A DNA stretch of 55,242 nucleotides, taken from NCBI GenBank assembly GCA_041697335.1, contig JBGUGD010000022.1, forward strand, positions 1 to 55,242, given 5' to 3'. Each line of letters begins with the position of its first letter. Position 1 is the stretch's first letter. A program made the translations under genes and the position numbers. The notes under the pieces were generated by a model. The model did not search any database and was not told the DNA's origin. It saw nothing but the letters and a program-made list of their open reading frames with translations. This DNA is from Vampirovibrionaceae bacterium NZW_1234 (GTDB lineage Bacteria > Cyanobacteriota > Vampirovibrionia > Vampirovibrionales > JAGQHJ01). Below, one piece after another: positions 17,461-27,510 of the stretch.

Positions 17461-18732
17461 ATGGGACTCGAATCAAAGGCGTTACAAAAATTAGGGCTGA
17501 TAATGCTAATGGTGTTCAGTTTGTCACCGCCATTCATCGGTGTAGCGACAGCATCAGAGCCAATTACGCCACTGGAAATGGCAGTGTTTGGGAAAAAATT
17601 CGAGCAGGAACCTCTTTTAGTGAGGGTTCAACGTCTGGAACGCGCCTTGAATCAGAAGGCTGTCCCTACGAGCTCGCTGTCATATCGAATTTCCCGCCTG
17701 TATGCAGTCCAGAAACAGCAGGCTGCCAGTGCAAGCCAAGCCCAGGCCATTCAGTTCTACAATAAAGGTGTTGATGCCTATGAGCAGAAGCAGTATGAGC
17801 AGGCTGTTGCGTCATATGAAAAAGCCATTGCCCTGAATCCGGATCTGATCCCTGCCTATAATAACCTGGGAAGCTTGTTGGAACAGTTGGGCCAATATTC
17901 CAATGCACTTCAGGTCTATCAGAAGGCCATCCTGTCTGATCCGAAAAATCCGCTCCTGGTTCGAAACCTCGCCATTATGTATGAAAAAACCGGTAAAATC
18001 GAAAAGGCACTTGACTATTATCGTCACTACATTGCTTTGGAACCATCACCAGACCCGAATATTGCTCGGATTGTGAGTGAGTATGATACAGCACGCCGAA
18101 AATATCAGAATTTGGTGGATTACGCAGCAGTGGCATCGGAAGGTAGTGATGGGAAGACCCTGATTTGGCCGTCTGCAATGATGCCTATTCCTGTTTATGT
18201 TGCTATTGAGGCGGATCAGGGGCCTTTTTTGAAGCCAGTACAAGAGGCATTAGCGGCCTGGGAGTCGGCAACATCAGGTCGAATCAGGTTTAGAGAGGTG
18301 GCTCAACCAGAACTTGCCCGAATTCACATCATACTGCAGGATGGGCCATTATCACATCCCTATCTTGAAGTGGGACATGCCAGCTTCGCGTTTGATGCGA
18401 GCACCGGGAAACAGGACCGGAATCTTCACGTGAATGTCACTGTGAATACGGGTGAACGCGATGCCCCTATTTCCCTAACCGATAGGCTGTCACAAGTCAG
18501 GAGGCTTGCCTTGCATGAGATAGGTCATGCCATTGGCATTTGGGGACACAGCCCTGACCCGGCCGATGTGATGTATGCCCAACCCATTGCTGAAAAATTA
18601 TCATCAAGAGATGTCATTACCATTCAGCGTTTGTATGGCATCTATTCCGGTGATTCTGCGGTGACCCGGGCCAGGCGGCGTGTCTTACAATCGTTCGATC
18701 GTCCCGCCTTCGACCGATCCCGTAAACCGTGA
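17461..18732 (+). CDS. TPR-containing matrixin-like (metzincin) zinc metalloprotease
   Basis: Signal peptide, TPR units, HEIGHAIGIWGHS...DVMY zinc motif with Met-turn; RBS AAGGAGG. Confidence 0.9.
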   Translation: MGLESKALQKLGLIMLMVFSLSPPFIGVATASEPITPLEMAVFGKKFEQEPLLVRVQRLERALNQKAVPTSSLSYRISRLYAVQKQQAASASQAQAIQFYNKGVDAYEQKQYEQAVASYEKAIALNPDLIPAYNNLGSLLEQLGQYSNALQVYQKAILSDPKNPLLVRNLAIMYEKTGKIEKALDYYRHYIALEPSPDPNIARIVSEYDTARRKYQNLVDYAAVASEGSDGKTLIWPSAMMPIPVYVAIEADQGPFLKPVQEALAAWESATSGRIRFREVAQPELARIHIILQDGPLSHPYLEVGHASFAFDASTGKQDRNLHVNVTVNTGERDAPISLTDRLSQVRRLALHEIGHAIGIWGHSPDPADVMYAQPIAEKLSSRDVITIQRLYGIYSGDSAVTRARRRVLQSFDRPAFDRSRKP

Positions 18733-19710
18733 GCCTGGGTGAACGACGACTTTGCCACGGCCGCTTTCAAAATACAGCTTACCTTGGATAAGGCTGTTTT
18801 CAGTCAATTCTACAATTTGCTGTACCGTATCTTGAGTCTCTTGCAACATTGGGGTTTGGTTGCTGGAGGTCCAGCCCGGTCCTGAAACGCTGGGGGCGTT
18901 AGGATGGGTAGCTTTATAGTCTTCGTAGTGTTTTGGGCCATTGCCTGAGACATTGGTTCCATTCACATAAATTGTGTTTTCGGGGGTGATAATGGTGGTT
19001 TGATCCGGGCTGCCTTTAATGGTAAAGCCGTTGACGGAAGACACGGATTGTGGACCTACGTTGACAAATGATCCGTTGCTTGCGCCGATAACGTTGCCGC
19101 CAATGACAATTCCCTGGCCAGTCATGACGGTATTGGAAGCAATCAGGGGGCCCGCATTCGAGAAGGAATGACGTTGCGGTAAATACATCTTGATGTTGTT
19201 GACGTTACTCCCCGTGAGAACCAATCGATGGGATGCCAGTGACAGTGTATTGCCAATTACGGCTTTATTCAGGGTAACTTGCCCGCCAATATAGGCATTT
19301 CCCTGAATCGTGGCATCCTGTAGGGTTAAATCACGACCCGTACTCACGCTTTGAGTGACCGTCGTTTTCATCAACGTCACATTTCGGCCTGCAGATATGG
19401 CATCAACCGAGTCGCATCCGGATAAGTGGACATCGCTTCCGGCTGAAATACTCCCTTGAATTTGACAGTCCAACGCTCGGATTTCCCGCCCAGTGACCAC
19501 ATTACCATTTACCGTTGTGCCATTGAGGACCGTATCTCGTCCGACCATGACCGAGCCCGTATGCTCGGCCCCCAGGGCCAGATCCCGAGAGGCCATCGCC
19601 CGACTCATCCAAGAGGTATCTGCCTGAGCAGCATTCCCCGTAATAATGCTTCCCGAGATAACGAAAATGCCAAACAGGCCTGTGATGTATCGGAGATGAC
19701 GATTGTTCAT
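18685..19710 (-). CDS. Secreted beta-solenoid (bactofilin-like) repeat protein
   Basis: Signal ending AAQA; about 17-aa repeats such as GSVMVGRDTVLNGTTVN, GNVVTGREIRALDCQIQ, QSVSTGRDLTLQDATIQ. Confidence 0.75.
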   Translation of the reverse strand: MNNRHLRYITGLFGIFVISGSIITGNAAQADTSWMSRAMASRDLALGAEHTGSVMVGRDTVLNGTTVNGNVVTGREIRALDCQIQGSISAGSDVHLSGCDSVDAISAGRNVTLMKTTVTQSVSTGRDLTLQDATIQGNAYIGGQVTLNKAVIGNTLSLASHRLVLTGSNVNNIKMYLPQRHSFSNAGPLIASNTVMTGQGIVIGGNVIGASNGSFVNVGPQSVSSVNGFTIKGSPDQTTIITPENTIYVNGTNVSGNGPKHYEDYKATHPNAPSVSGPGWTSSNQTPMLQETQDTVQQIVELTENSLIQGKLYFESGRGKVVVHPGSRFTGSVEGGTIERL

Positions 19711-19817
19711 AAGGACAACCCCTCGTTACCTTTTATTTAGGAACAGCGTGTCCCGAAGGTACGAGGGGTGTCAATTCTACAGGTTGAGAATGGACGAAAA
19801 ATTAATCTTGCTAGTGT

Positions 19818-20951
19818 TTAGTCGTCATCGTCGTCATCGTCCAGATCGAGTTCATCGGCGTTTGCTCCGGTGAGCTTAAACGGCTGGCCTTCGGTCAGAA
19901 GATTCAAATTGGCATCTCGCTTGACGCCAAGCAAGTTACCCAAGGCCAAAAGACTATCAAAGTTCTTCTTATTTTGCGGATTGGTGAGATCTTCACGCCA
20001 TGTGGATTCCTGTTCAAGATACTTCCGGAATAAGGTTCGGCCAGCGTGTTGTAGAGCTGGATCAACCCCTTTACGTGTAGCGACTCTAAGTATAAAGCCT
20101 GTTAAATCGCTGTTGGGCGTTCCGTCAGGTTTCTCGAATCCCCAGTTTTTGGCGATTGCACCCATTAACGTACGCAGACGTTCACCGTCTTTATCTTTAG
20201 CCGCAAGCTGTTTGAGGAATGCAGGGTTGGTGAACTCATCCAAGTCAAAGAGGTCATCATCTTCTTTGGCGAGTCTGAAAGCAACTTCTGCCAGTTTGTC
20301 GAAATTACTTCTGGAGGTTGTCAGAGGAAGGTTGAGTAGGACGTTTTTGACGTCATTGGCACTGTAGTCATTGTCGTCGACATTATCGACAATTTTCTTA
20401 ATTGATGCCTCCGTTATGGGATCTTCACGAAGGATGGCCCGAATATCTTTGCGAGCTCGATCAAAACCCGTATTCGTTGGGTTGGTGCTACCGCTAGACG
20501 AGGTACCACCCGTGAGGAGATTACCTCTGTTCAATAAGGCCAATAGGGCTAAAGCACCAATTCCGCCTCCACCGGCACCGCCTGAACCAAGGAGGCCACC
20601 CAAACCGCCAAGACCACTGGCTAGGCCGCCCAGACCAGGACCACCAAAGTCATCGTAACCACCGATGGGATTATTAAATTGATTCAGGAAGATTTCTGAG
20701 CCAAAACCAGCGCCAAAGCCAGGCATGCCGAAGCCGCCAAAGCCACCGGGTCCACCAAAACCACCAAAACCACCGGGCCCACTAAAACCACTGCGTGGCA
20801 TTGTTCCACCGAGAGCTAGGCTTGGGGGCAGTCCGCCCATCCCGAAGGGACCGTTTGGTGCACCATTTAAGAGGCGATAGTTATCAGAAATCGTTCTTCC
20901 GACATTACGCATGAGCGCATTATTCAAATAGCTGTTATTGGAAAAAGTCAA
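19818..20951 (-). CDS. Gly-rich low-complexity hypothetical protein with helical C-domain and acidic tail
   Basis: TTG at 20951 after GAGGAGAGG; GPGGFGGFG repeats; C-terminal poly-Asp. Confidence 0.75.
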   Translation of the reverse strand: MTFSNNSYLNNALMRNVGRTISDNYRLLNGAPNGPFGMGGLPPSLALGGTMPRSGFSGPGGFGGFGGPGGFGGFGMPGFGAGFGSEIFLNQFNNPIGGYDDFGGPGLGGLASGLGGLGGLLGSGGAGGGGIGALALLALLNRGNLLTGGTSSSGSTNPTNTGFDRARKDIRAILREDPITEASIKKIVDNVDDNDYSANDVKNVLLNLPLTTSRSNFDKLAEVAFRLAKEDDDLFDLDEFTNPAFLKQLAAKDKDGERLRTLMGAIAKNWGFEKPDGTPNSDLTGFILRVATRKGVDPALQHAGRTLFRKYLEQESTWREDLTNPQNKKNFDSLLALGNLLGVKRDANLNLLTEGQPFKLTGANADELDLDDDDDDD

Positions 20952-20988
20952 GGCTCTGTCCTCTCCTCGATAACTGTGTTCTAGCGAG

Positions 20989-21015
20989 GTATCGACATCG
21001 GTGTTCAAAAGTTTA
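20989..21015 (-). promoter_or_regulatory. Sigma-28-type promoter candidate
   Basis: Minus strand TAAA-N15-GTCGATAC, about 40 nt upstream of the 20951 start. Confidence 0.55.
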
Positions 21016-21353
21016 AATCGTTTGTATATCAATAATGAAAAATGGTTGTGATTTTTTGAAAAAAAAGCACGCCCTGTGCGGAATTTCGGTATATGAAGTT
21101 ATATGAAGGTTCCGGGTGTAATGAAAACGATAGGCCTTCAAGCAGGTAGAATCAGTGGGTATAAATGGGCAGGGCTTGGAATGCTCTCATCCAGGTGTCG
21201 AGACAGAAGTGGGCGTGGCATTATGACTTTGAAGGATTTGACATATAATGTTGGAACGAGACCTGATGTGCTTCTTTTGCTCCCGACAAGAACGGAGTAA
21301 GCGGCCCGGTCCAATCCAGTAGGGTTGTTAAACAAGCAAAGCGAGATTCCGAG

Positions 21354-22253
21354 ATGAGCCAGAAAAAAGCCTTGACCTTTCAGGAAATGATTGCCAATTT
21401 AAACCAGTATTGGGCCGATCAAGGCTGTGTGGTGCAGTATCCTTATGATATTGAGAAAGGGGCCAGTACCATGAACCCGGCGACGTTCTTACGCGTCCTC
21501 GGGCCAGAGCCCTGGAATGTGGCGAATGTGGATCCTTGTCGGCGGCCGACGGATGGACGCTATGGCAACAACCCAAACCGTTTGCAACATTATTTCCAAT
21601 ACCAGGTTATTATGAAACCCTCTCCGGACAATATCCAGGATCTCTATCTCAAGAGCCTGTCGGTTTTGGGGATTGACGTCACCCGCCATGATATCCGCTT
21701 TGTAGAAGATAACTGGGAATCCCCGACCCTTGGCGCCTGGGGTGTGGGTTGGGAAGTCTGGTTGGATGGCATGGAAATTACGCAATTCACGTATTTTCAG
21801 CAGGCTGGTGGTTTGGATGTGCGCCCGGTGGCCGTCGAAATTACCTATGGCTGCGAGCGGATTGCCATGTATCTGCAAAATGTCGATAGCGTGTTTGATG
21901 TTCAGTGGAATGATACGGTCAAGTATGGCCAAATTTACCACCAGAATGAAGTGGAGCAATCCACGTATAACTTTGAAGTCGCTTCACCGGAACGGTTGAC
22001 GCAGCTGTTTGATCTTTACCGCGAGGAAGTTGAAAACTGCCTGAGCCATGAATTGGTATTACCGGCCTATGACTATGTCTTAAAGTGTTCACACACCTTT
22101 AACCTTTTGGATGCCCGTGGGGTGGTCAGCCGGGATGAGCGGATGAACTATATTCTTCGGATTCGTCGTTTGGCAGAGCGTGTCGCTAAACTTTACGTTG
22201 CTCAGCGGGAAGCCCAAAACTTTCCGCTACTGATAAAGGAAACCGTTCAGTAA
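21354..22253 (+). CDS. glyQ: Glycine-tRNA ligase alpha subunit
   Basis: [58 protein letters not shown]. Confidence 0.98.
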   Translation: MSQKKALTFQEMIANLNQYWADQGCVVQYPYDIEKGASTMNPATFLRVLGPEPWNVANVDPCRRPTDGRYGNNPNRLQHYFQYQVIMKPSPDNIQDLYLKSLSVLGIDVTRHDIRFVEDNWESPTLGAWGVGWEVWLDGMEITQFTYFQQAGGLDVRPVAVEITYGCERIAMYLQNVDSVFDVQWNDTVKYGQIYHQNEVEQSTYNFEVASPERLTQLFDLYREEVENCLSHELVLPAYDYVLKCSHTFNLLDARGVVSRDERMNYILRIRRLAERVAKLYVAQREAQNFPLLIKETVQ

Positions 22254-22323
22254 GGCCTACCAGCCTCGGCGTTTTGATAAGCATTTATTTGCGCCCGGGC
22301 TAAACCCTGGGTAAGATACCCAT

Positions 22324-24111
22324 ATGAGGCTCTCTTTTCGTCACATCTTAAAACGCTATTGGAAAGATTACGCTAGTGGTGTTGGATTTTTGCTCTTGAC
22401 CAATCTTCTGGCGGCGAGTATTCCCATGGTGGTCAAGCAGGTTATTGAGGCAATTTTTGCCGCAAAAACCATGGTAGCGCTCCAATGGGTGGCAGGCATT
22501 GCTGGTATAACGGCTGTGATGTTTTTGGTCAGGGTCCTGTCTCGCTATTTGCTCATTGGGGTGGGGCGAAAAGTTGAGTTTGACACCCGGATGGATCTAT
22601 TTCGTCATTTGTTGGCGATGCCCCGCAGTTATTTTGACGTTCAGCAGACGGGCGAACTGATGTCTCGCTTGACCAATGACTTGTCAGCTCTGCGTATGAT
22701 GGTTGGTGGCGGAGTTATGTTGTTGGCCAACGTTCTGTTTGCCTATCTGACCATTGTCCCGTTGATGGCTCGTTTGAGCTGGCGCTTGACCTTGATGGCC
22801 TTTCTCTTGTATCCCCTTGTTATTGGCTTGATGCGGGTGCTCAGTACCCGAGTCAAACGATTGTCCCATACTGTTCAGGACAAACTTGGAGAGTTGACGG
22901 CCATTGCTCAGGAAAATTTTTCCGGAATTAGTGTGATTCAAAGCTATGCGAAAGAGCCGGAGGAGTCGCATCGGTTTAAAGACGTGGCCGAGCAGTATTT
23001 TGTGGCCAATACGGATTTGGTCAGGACACGGGCCTTGCTTTATATTCTAATTGCCATGGTGAGCGGGCTCAGCATTCTGATTGCCTTGGGCGAAGGCGGA
23101 CGGGAAGTCATTACAAGAGAGCTGACGTTGAGCAGCTTTGCTGCCTATATGCTTTACCTCGAAAGACTTTCATGGCCGACTGTCTCGTTTGGTTGGATTT
23201 TGTCTACTATTCAACAAGGTATTGCTGCCAAGGAGCGTATTAATGCTGTCTTGGATGCCGAATCAACGGTTACCGATGAGAAGGCGGATCTGTCCATGAC
23301 CGCGTTACCCCTGCCACCCTTGGAAGTGTCGCACTTGACCTTTGCCTACCACAACCCTTACAGCCCAGAGTCGGTCGAGATTGCACCTCCTATTCTTCAG
23401 GATGTTTCTTTTGCCGTGCAGCCTGGTGAAATGGTTGCCTTGGTTGGGCCAATCGGTGCAGGAAAGTCCACGTTGCTCAATCTGATGGTCCGTCTCTACG
23501 ATCCCCCTACGGGAGCAATCACATTGAACGGAATTCCTATCGAGCGCATTCCGTTGACATTGCTCCGTCAGCAAGTGACCTTGATGCCCCAGAATAGTTT
23601 CCTATTTTCGGATACGCTGAAGGCGAACATTGCGTTACCGAAACCGGATGTTGCGCAGCAGGTCATCGAATCCGTAGCAGAAATGGCCAATCTACATGCC
23701 GATGTAGCCTTATTCCCAAAGGCTTATGAGACGCTGGTTGGCGAGAGAGGGGTGACCCTCTCTGGAGGGCAACGACAACGGACCGCCCTGGCTCGTACAT
23801 TGCTGGCGGCACCCGGCATTCTATTGTTGGACGATCCCTTTTCCAATGTGGATGTGGAAACAGAAGCCCAGATTATTCAAGCCCTTCAAGAACGTCGCTT
23901 TTTGAAGGATAGAACAACTATTTTTGCCTCACAGCGCTTTTCGCTGGTACAACATGCCGATCGGATCATTGTTTTAACAGCGGATGGACGGGTAGATGCT
24001 ATCGGAACCCACGAGGAGTTGCTGCAACGCTCGGCATTGTATCGGGCGCTCTGTCATCAGCCAGAAGGGGATGCTTCTAAAAACGCCTCAGAGGAGATTT
24101 CTCGCCGATGA
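22324..24111 (+). CDS. ABC exporter half-transporter (heterodimer subunit, degenerate Walker B/H-loop)
   Basis: TM domain plus GPIGAGKST, LSGGQRQR, LLLDD (D in place of the catalytic E) and SQR in place of the H-loop. Confidence 0.93.
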   Translation: MRLSFRHILKRYWKDYASGVGFLLLTNLLAASIPMVVKQVIEAIFAAKTMVALQWVAGIAGITAVMFLVRVLSRYLLIGVGRKVEFDTRMDLFRHLLAMPRSYFDVQQTGELMSRLTNDLSALRMMVGGGVMLLANVLFAYLTIVPLMARLSWRLTLMAFLLYPLVIGLMRVLSTRVKRLSHTVQDKLGELTAIAQENFSGISVIQSYAKEPEESHRFKDVAEQYFVANTDLVRTRALLYILIAMVSGLSILIALGEGGREVITRELTLSSFAAYMLYLERLSWPTVSFGWILSTIQQGIAAKERINAVLDAESTVTDEKADLSMTALPLPPLEVSHLTFAYHNPYSPESVEIAPPILQDVSFAVQPGEMVALVGPIGAGKSTLLNLMVRLYDPPTGAITLNGIPIERIPLTLLRQQVTLMPQNSFLFSDTLKANIALPKPDVAQQVIESVAEMANLHADVALFPKAYETLVGERGVTLSGGQRQRTALARTLLAAPGILLLDDPFSNVDVETEAQIIQALQERRFLKDRTTIFASQRFSLVQHADRIIVLTADGRVDAIGTHEELLQRSALYRALCHQPEGDASKNASEEISRR

Positions 24112-25934
24112 GTCCGTTTTTAAATGTTGCCGAGCATGATGAAAAAGAGCGTGATGTCACGCTGAAAGACGTGTGGTTATTCAAGGCATTATTGCCGTAC
24201 ATGAAGCCTCACTGGAAACTGTTGGCGTTATCAGGGCTTTTGTTACCCTTGGTTTCGGTGACTCAGGTATTGCAGCCTGTGATAATTCGCCAAGCCATTG
24301 ATGGCCCGGTGGCCCAAGGCGACTGGCCTGCATTAGGTATGAAGGTTCTGTTTTTTCTAGGGCTCTTGGCCAGTCACTATGCTCTTCGCTATGGGCAGAT
24401 GGTTTTGGCCCAGATGACAGGGCAGCGCATTATCCTGTCCCTGCGGACAGCACTGTATGATCATCTGCAGTCCCTACCCCTCAGCTTTTATCATAAAACG
24501 CCATTGGGTAAGCTTGTTACCCGGTTGAGTTCGGATGTGGAAAACATCAGTGAGGTGTTTGCCTCGGGTGGCGTAGCCATTTTTTCAGACATTGCCATTA
24601 TTTTAGGCATTCTTGTTGCTATGTCGGTGATGAGCTTACCGTTGGCCTTAGTAACGATGGCTATCATTCCGGTTGTTATTGTGACCATGGAATTCTTTCG
24701 GCGGCGTTCCCGGTTAATTTACAACGAAATGCGGGTTCAGCTGGCTCAGATGAATAGTCAACTCCAGGAAACGTTGACCGGGGTGGATGTTATCCAATTG
24801 CTTCGTCGGGAAAAGGCTGCTGTGGATGACTTTTCTCACATCAGCAAAGCCTATATGAATACCAACGTCCGTTCCGTGATCTATGATTCTTCTTTCACGG
24901 CCTCGGTGGAAGTATTGTCCTTAGTGACGTTGATGCTCATTTTAGGTCTTGTGGCCTTGATGCAAGGCGGTATTTGGGGGCAGGCCGTGGTGACCTTTGG
25001 GGTATTGATTGCCTTCTTGCAATACAATCAGATGTTGTTTGAGCCAATTGAGGAAATCAGCGACAAATTTACCATTATTCAGTCTGGCTTGGCCTCTTTG
25101 GAGAAGATTATGGAGTTGATGAGTATCCAGCCTGACATAGTGTCACCGGAAAATCCTCGGTCGATGGGTCGAAGCAAAGGACACATCCGATTTGTTGACG
25201 TTACTTTTGGGTATTCTAAACAAGTCGAGCCGGTTTTATCCAACTTGTCTCTTGAAATTGCTCCTGGAGAAAAAATTGCGATTATTGGTCCTTCCGGTGC
25301 GGGGAAATCCACAATCATTAAGCTTCTTAATCGCCAGTATATGACTCAGGCAGGTCGAATTGAGCTGGATGGCATAGATATTGCTTCTTTGTCCCTGAGT
25401 CAACTGCGCCAAAACATTGTAGTGATTCCGCAAGATGAATTTCTCTTCTCCCGAAGCATCCAGGAGAATATGACGTTGACCTACAAGAGTCCGATAGATC
25501 TGGCGCATCTGAAAAAGGTGGCCAAGACAGTCCATGCCGACACCGTAGTTGATCGCTTCCCGGAGACATATCACGCCATATTGCCTGAGCGGGGACGGAA
25601 CTTGTCCAATGGAGAGCGCCAGCTTTTGGTCTTTGCCCGGGCGTTATGGCATAATCCTGCGATTATTGTGTTGGATGAAGCGACGTCTTCGGTCGATCCC
25701 CAAACAGAAAGCCTCCTTCAGGATGCTCTGGAGAAAAGTCTTGAAGGGCGGACAGCAATTATCATTGCCCATCGGTTATCGACCATTCGGAAAGTCGATC
25801 GGGTCTATGTCATTCAGCAAGGGGCCATTGTGAAGTGCGGATCGCCAGAGGCGATTTTGGGGGATAAGGCGATTTATCAACAATATTTGCAACCTACTGA
25901 ACCTTCCGAAGATTACAATTTGTTACATCCGTAA
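24108..25934 (+). CDS. ABC exporter half-transporter (heterodimer partner)
   Basis: TM domain plus GPSGAGKST, LSNGERQ, VLDEATS, AHR; ATGA overlap with its partner. Confidence 0.93.
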   Translation: MSPFLNVAEHDEKERDVTLKDVWLFKALLPYMKPHWKLLALSGLLLPLVSVTQVLQPVIIRQAIDGPVAQGDWPALGMKVLFFLGLLASHYALRYGQMVLAQMTGQRIILSLRTALYDHLQSLPLSFYHKTPLGKLVTRLSSDVENISEVFASGGVAIFSDIAIILGILVAMSVMSLPLALVTMAIIPVVIVTMEFFRRRSRLIYNEMRVQLAQMNSQLQETLTGVDVIQLLRREKAAVDDFSHISKAYMNTNVRSVIYDSSFTASVEVLSLVTLMLILGLVALMQGGIWGQAVVTFGVLIAFLQYNQMLFEPIEEISDKFTIIQSGLASLEKIMELMSIQPDIVSPENPRSMGRSKGHIRFVDVTFGYSKQVEPVLSNLSLEIAPGEKIAIIGPSGAGKSTIIKLLNRQYMTQAGRIELDGIDIASLSLSQLRQNIVVIPQDEFLFSRSIQENMTLTYKSPIDLAHLKKVAKTVHADTVVDRFPETYHAILPERGRNLSNGERQLLVFARALWHNPAIIVLDEATSSVDPQTESLLQDALEKSLEGRTAIIIAHRLSTIRKVDRVYVIQQGAIVKCGSPEAILGDKAIYQQYLQPTEPSEDYNLLHP

Positions 25935-26102
25935 AGTCTTCTCTGACGGTATTCTCCAACTGTCTATTTCGAAAATACGTCGACTGGCTAGGTAAAAAGG
26001 CTTTTCAGTGAGAAGCGAACCTGATAATATATAATGACTTCAATTTTTTGCAGCTATGCAATAAATTCAAATGGGTTGGGTATTGAACAGGAGGTTGGTT
26101 AG

Positions 26103-26234
26103 ATGGTGCTGACAATTACGCAGTTTGTGGAAGCAATATTTATTGCGTTGATGCTTATTTTGCTTACCAATCCACATTTAATGTCGGCCTTTTCTAAATC
26201 CTCGGAAGTGTTAAGTTTCTTTCACTGGTTCTGA
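26103..26234 (+). CDS. Small hydrophobic peptide (43 aa), not in the ORF track
   Basis: RBS CAGGAGG then ATG; MVLTITQFVEAIFIALMLILLTNPHLMSAFSKSSEVLSFFHWF; TATAAT upstream. Confidence 0.6.
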   Translation: MVLTITQFVEAIFIALMLILLTNPHLMSAFSKSSEVLSFFHWF

Positions 26235-26343
26235 GCCAATTCTTTGGTAGGTATACGGGTGTGTGAGTGGTGAAATGAATATTAAACGATGTTTCTAGTT
26301 GATTTACGTCTTTTCCAGTGATTTGAGATGACAGACTCCTTTC

Positions 26344-26380
26344 AGAAAAAGCCGCTGCGATACTCACAGCGGCTTTTTCT
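26344..26380. terminator. Bidirectional intrinsic terminator
   Basis: AGAAAAAGCCGCTG...CAGCGGCTTTTTCT between two convergent small ORFs. Confidence 0.85.
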
Positions 26381-26443
26381 AGCTAAGCTTTTGAAATACA
26401 AGGACTGTCAATTGAGATAGGTAAGTGACATTTTAAATATGTT

Positions 26444-26641
26444 TTATCTGTAACTTATACCATCAATTGTAAACTTGCTTAGATTGTTGAAGTTAATGGT
26501 GGGTGGCTTGTCCTCGTAAGGACGTTGACCTAAGGGGCGGTCGTAAGTGTCATTCTTTGTATCAGCAATGATTTCGCTGGTGCTGCCCGTTGCAATGCTC
26601 CCTGTTGCCAAGCTTAAGCCTATTATCATATTGTAGGACAT
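26444..26641 (-). CDS. Small hypothetical protein (65 aa)
   Basis: GAGAGGGAG RBS before the ATG; ends upstream of the bidirectional terminator. Confidence 0.55.
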   Translation of the reverse strand: MSYNMIIGLSLATGSIATGSTSEIIADTKNDTYDRPLGQRPYEDKPPTINFNNLSKFTIDGISYR

Positions 26642-26832
26642 CTGGTATACTCCCTCTCTCTTGCTTTCAAAATAATTACATCTTTTGACTCAGCTAAATA
26701 AAGATGTAATTTAATAAAAACAAGAAATGAGGGTGAAATGCTTGGTCTTCGAGTTTGATTTAGAACAAATCAAAAATTGTTACATTTTTGCTCTCATGTC
26801 CAAACAATTGGGTAAATTATGAATAAAAAAAA

Positions 26833-26906
26833 TACCCCAGACAGGATTCGAACCTGTGACCCACCGCTTAGAAGGCGGTTGCTCTATCCAACTGAGCTAC
26901 TGAGGC
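26833..26906 (-). tRNA. tRNA-Arg (anticodon UCU), CCA not encoded
   Basis: Reverse complement GCCTCAGTAGCTCAGTTGGATAGAGCAACCGCCTTCTAAGCGGTGGGTCACAGGTTCGAATCCTGTCTGGGGTA folds as a cloverleaf with a CT-TCT-AA loop. Confidence 0.96.
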
Positions 26907-27107
26907 GAAAAAATATGAAATTAAATATCCAGCTGAAAATTCACCGCATGGCAAGTTTCAGCTGTATAGCTCAGCTTATCTCACTCCCCGGTCTTGGACA
27001 AGAGGGTCAGCGTAAGATAGAGAAGACAGCGTTTAGATAGGTAATAACCCTCGCTTGGGTATGGCAAACGTGGGTTAAATCCTGTCTTTTGTTTCAGTGT
27101 CATTGCC

Positions 27108-27416
27108 TTAGCTGGCGTATAGTAGATTTTTGACCCTGCGGTAAAAGTTTTCATGGGGGCCTATCAGAAGAATACAGACGACATCTTGGTCTTCTTCGTA
27201 TTGATAGGCAATCCGGAACTCCTTGCCCTGGTATTTAATATGGTGTGAATAGACGGTTGAAAGCGGTTGAGACAGCTTTTCCCCTTTGCGCGTGGGATTG
27301 GTCAAAATGTCCATCAGAGCTGCTTTGACTTTTTCCCGTAAGGGTTTATCCAGCTTTCGCTGGGACTTGTCGGCTGTTTTGGTGAGATACAATTGAGTCG
27401 CCATGATTTCTTTCAC
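27108..27416 (-). CDS. RelE/ParE family type II toxin
   Basis: About 100 aa, basic; NPTRKGEKL, EFRIAY, IGPHENFYR pattern. Confidence 0.85.
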   Translation of the reverse strand: MKEIMATQLYLTKTADKSQRKLDKPLREKVKAALMDILTNPTRKGEKLSQPLSTVYSHHIKYQGKEFRIAYQYEEDQDVVCILLIGPHENFYRRVKNLLYAS

Positions 27417-27510
27417 TCCGCCCTTAAACCTTTATCTGCTGTATGCGATGCTGCGCTCCAACGCTGACGGCAGCCTCTCTGGATAAACTCGATAAAATGG
27501 AATTCAATTT

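Noticed and set aside
21354..22253. glyQ without an adjacent glyS
   Set aside because: Unlinked glyQ and glyS are usual in the cyanobacterial lineage.
22324..25934. ABC pair as the dedicated exporter of the multi-core peptide; degenerate ATPase motifs
   Set aside because: About 9 kb away, no C39 peptidase domain, and one degenerate site is normal for heterodimeric exporters.
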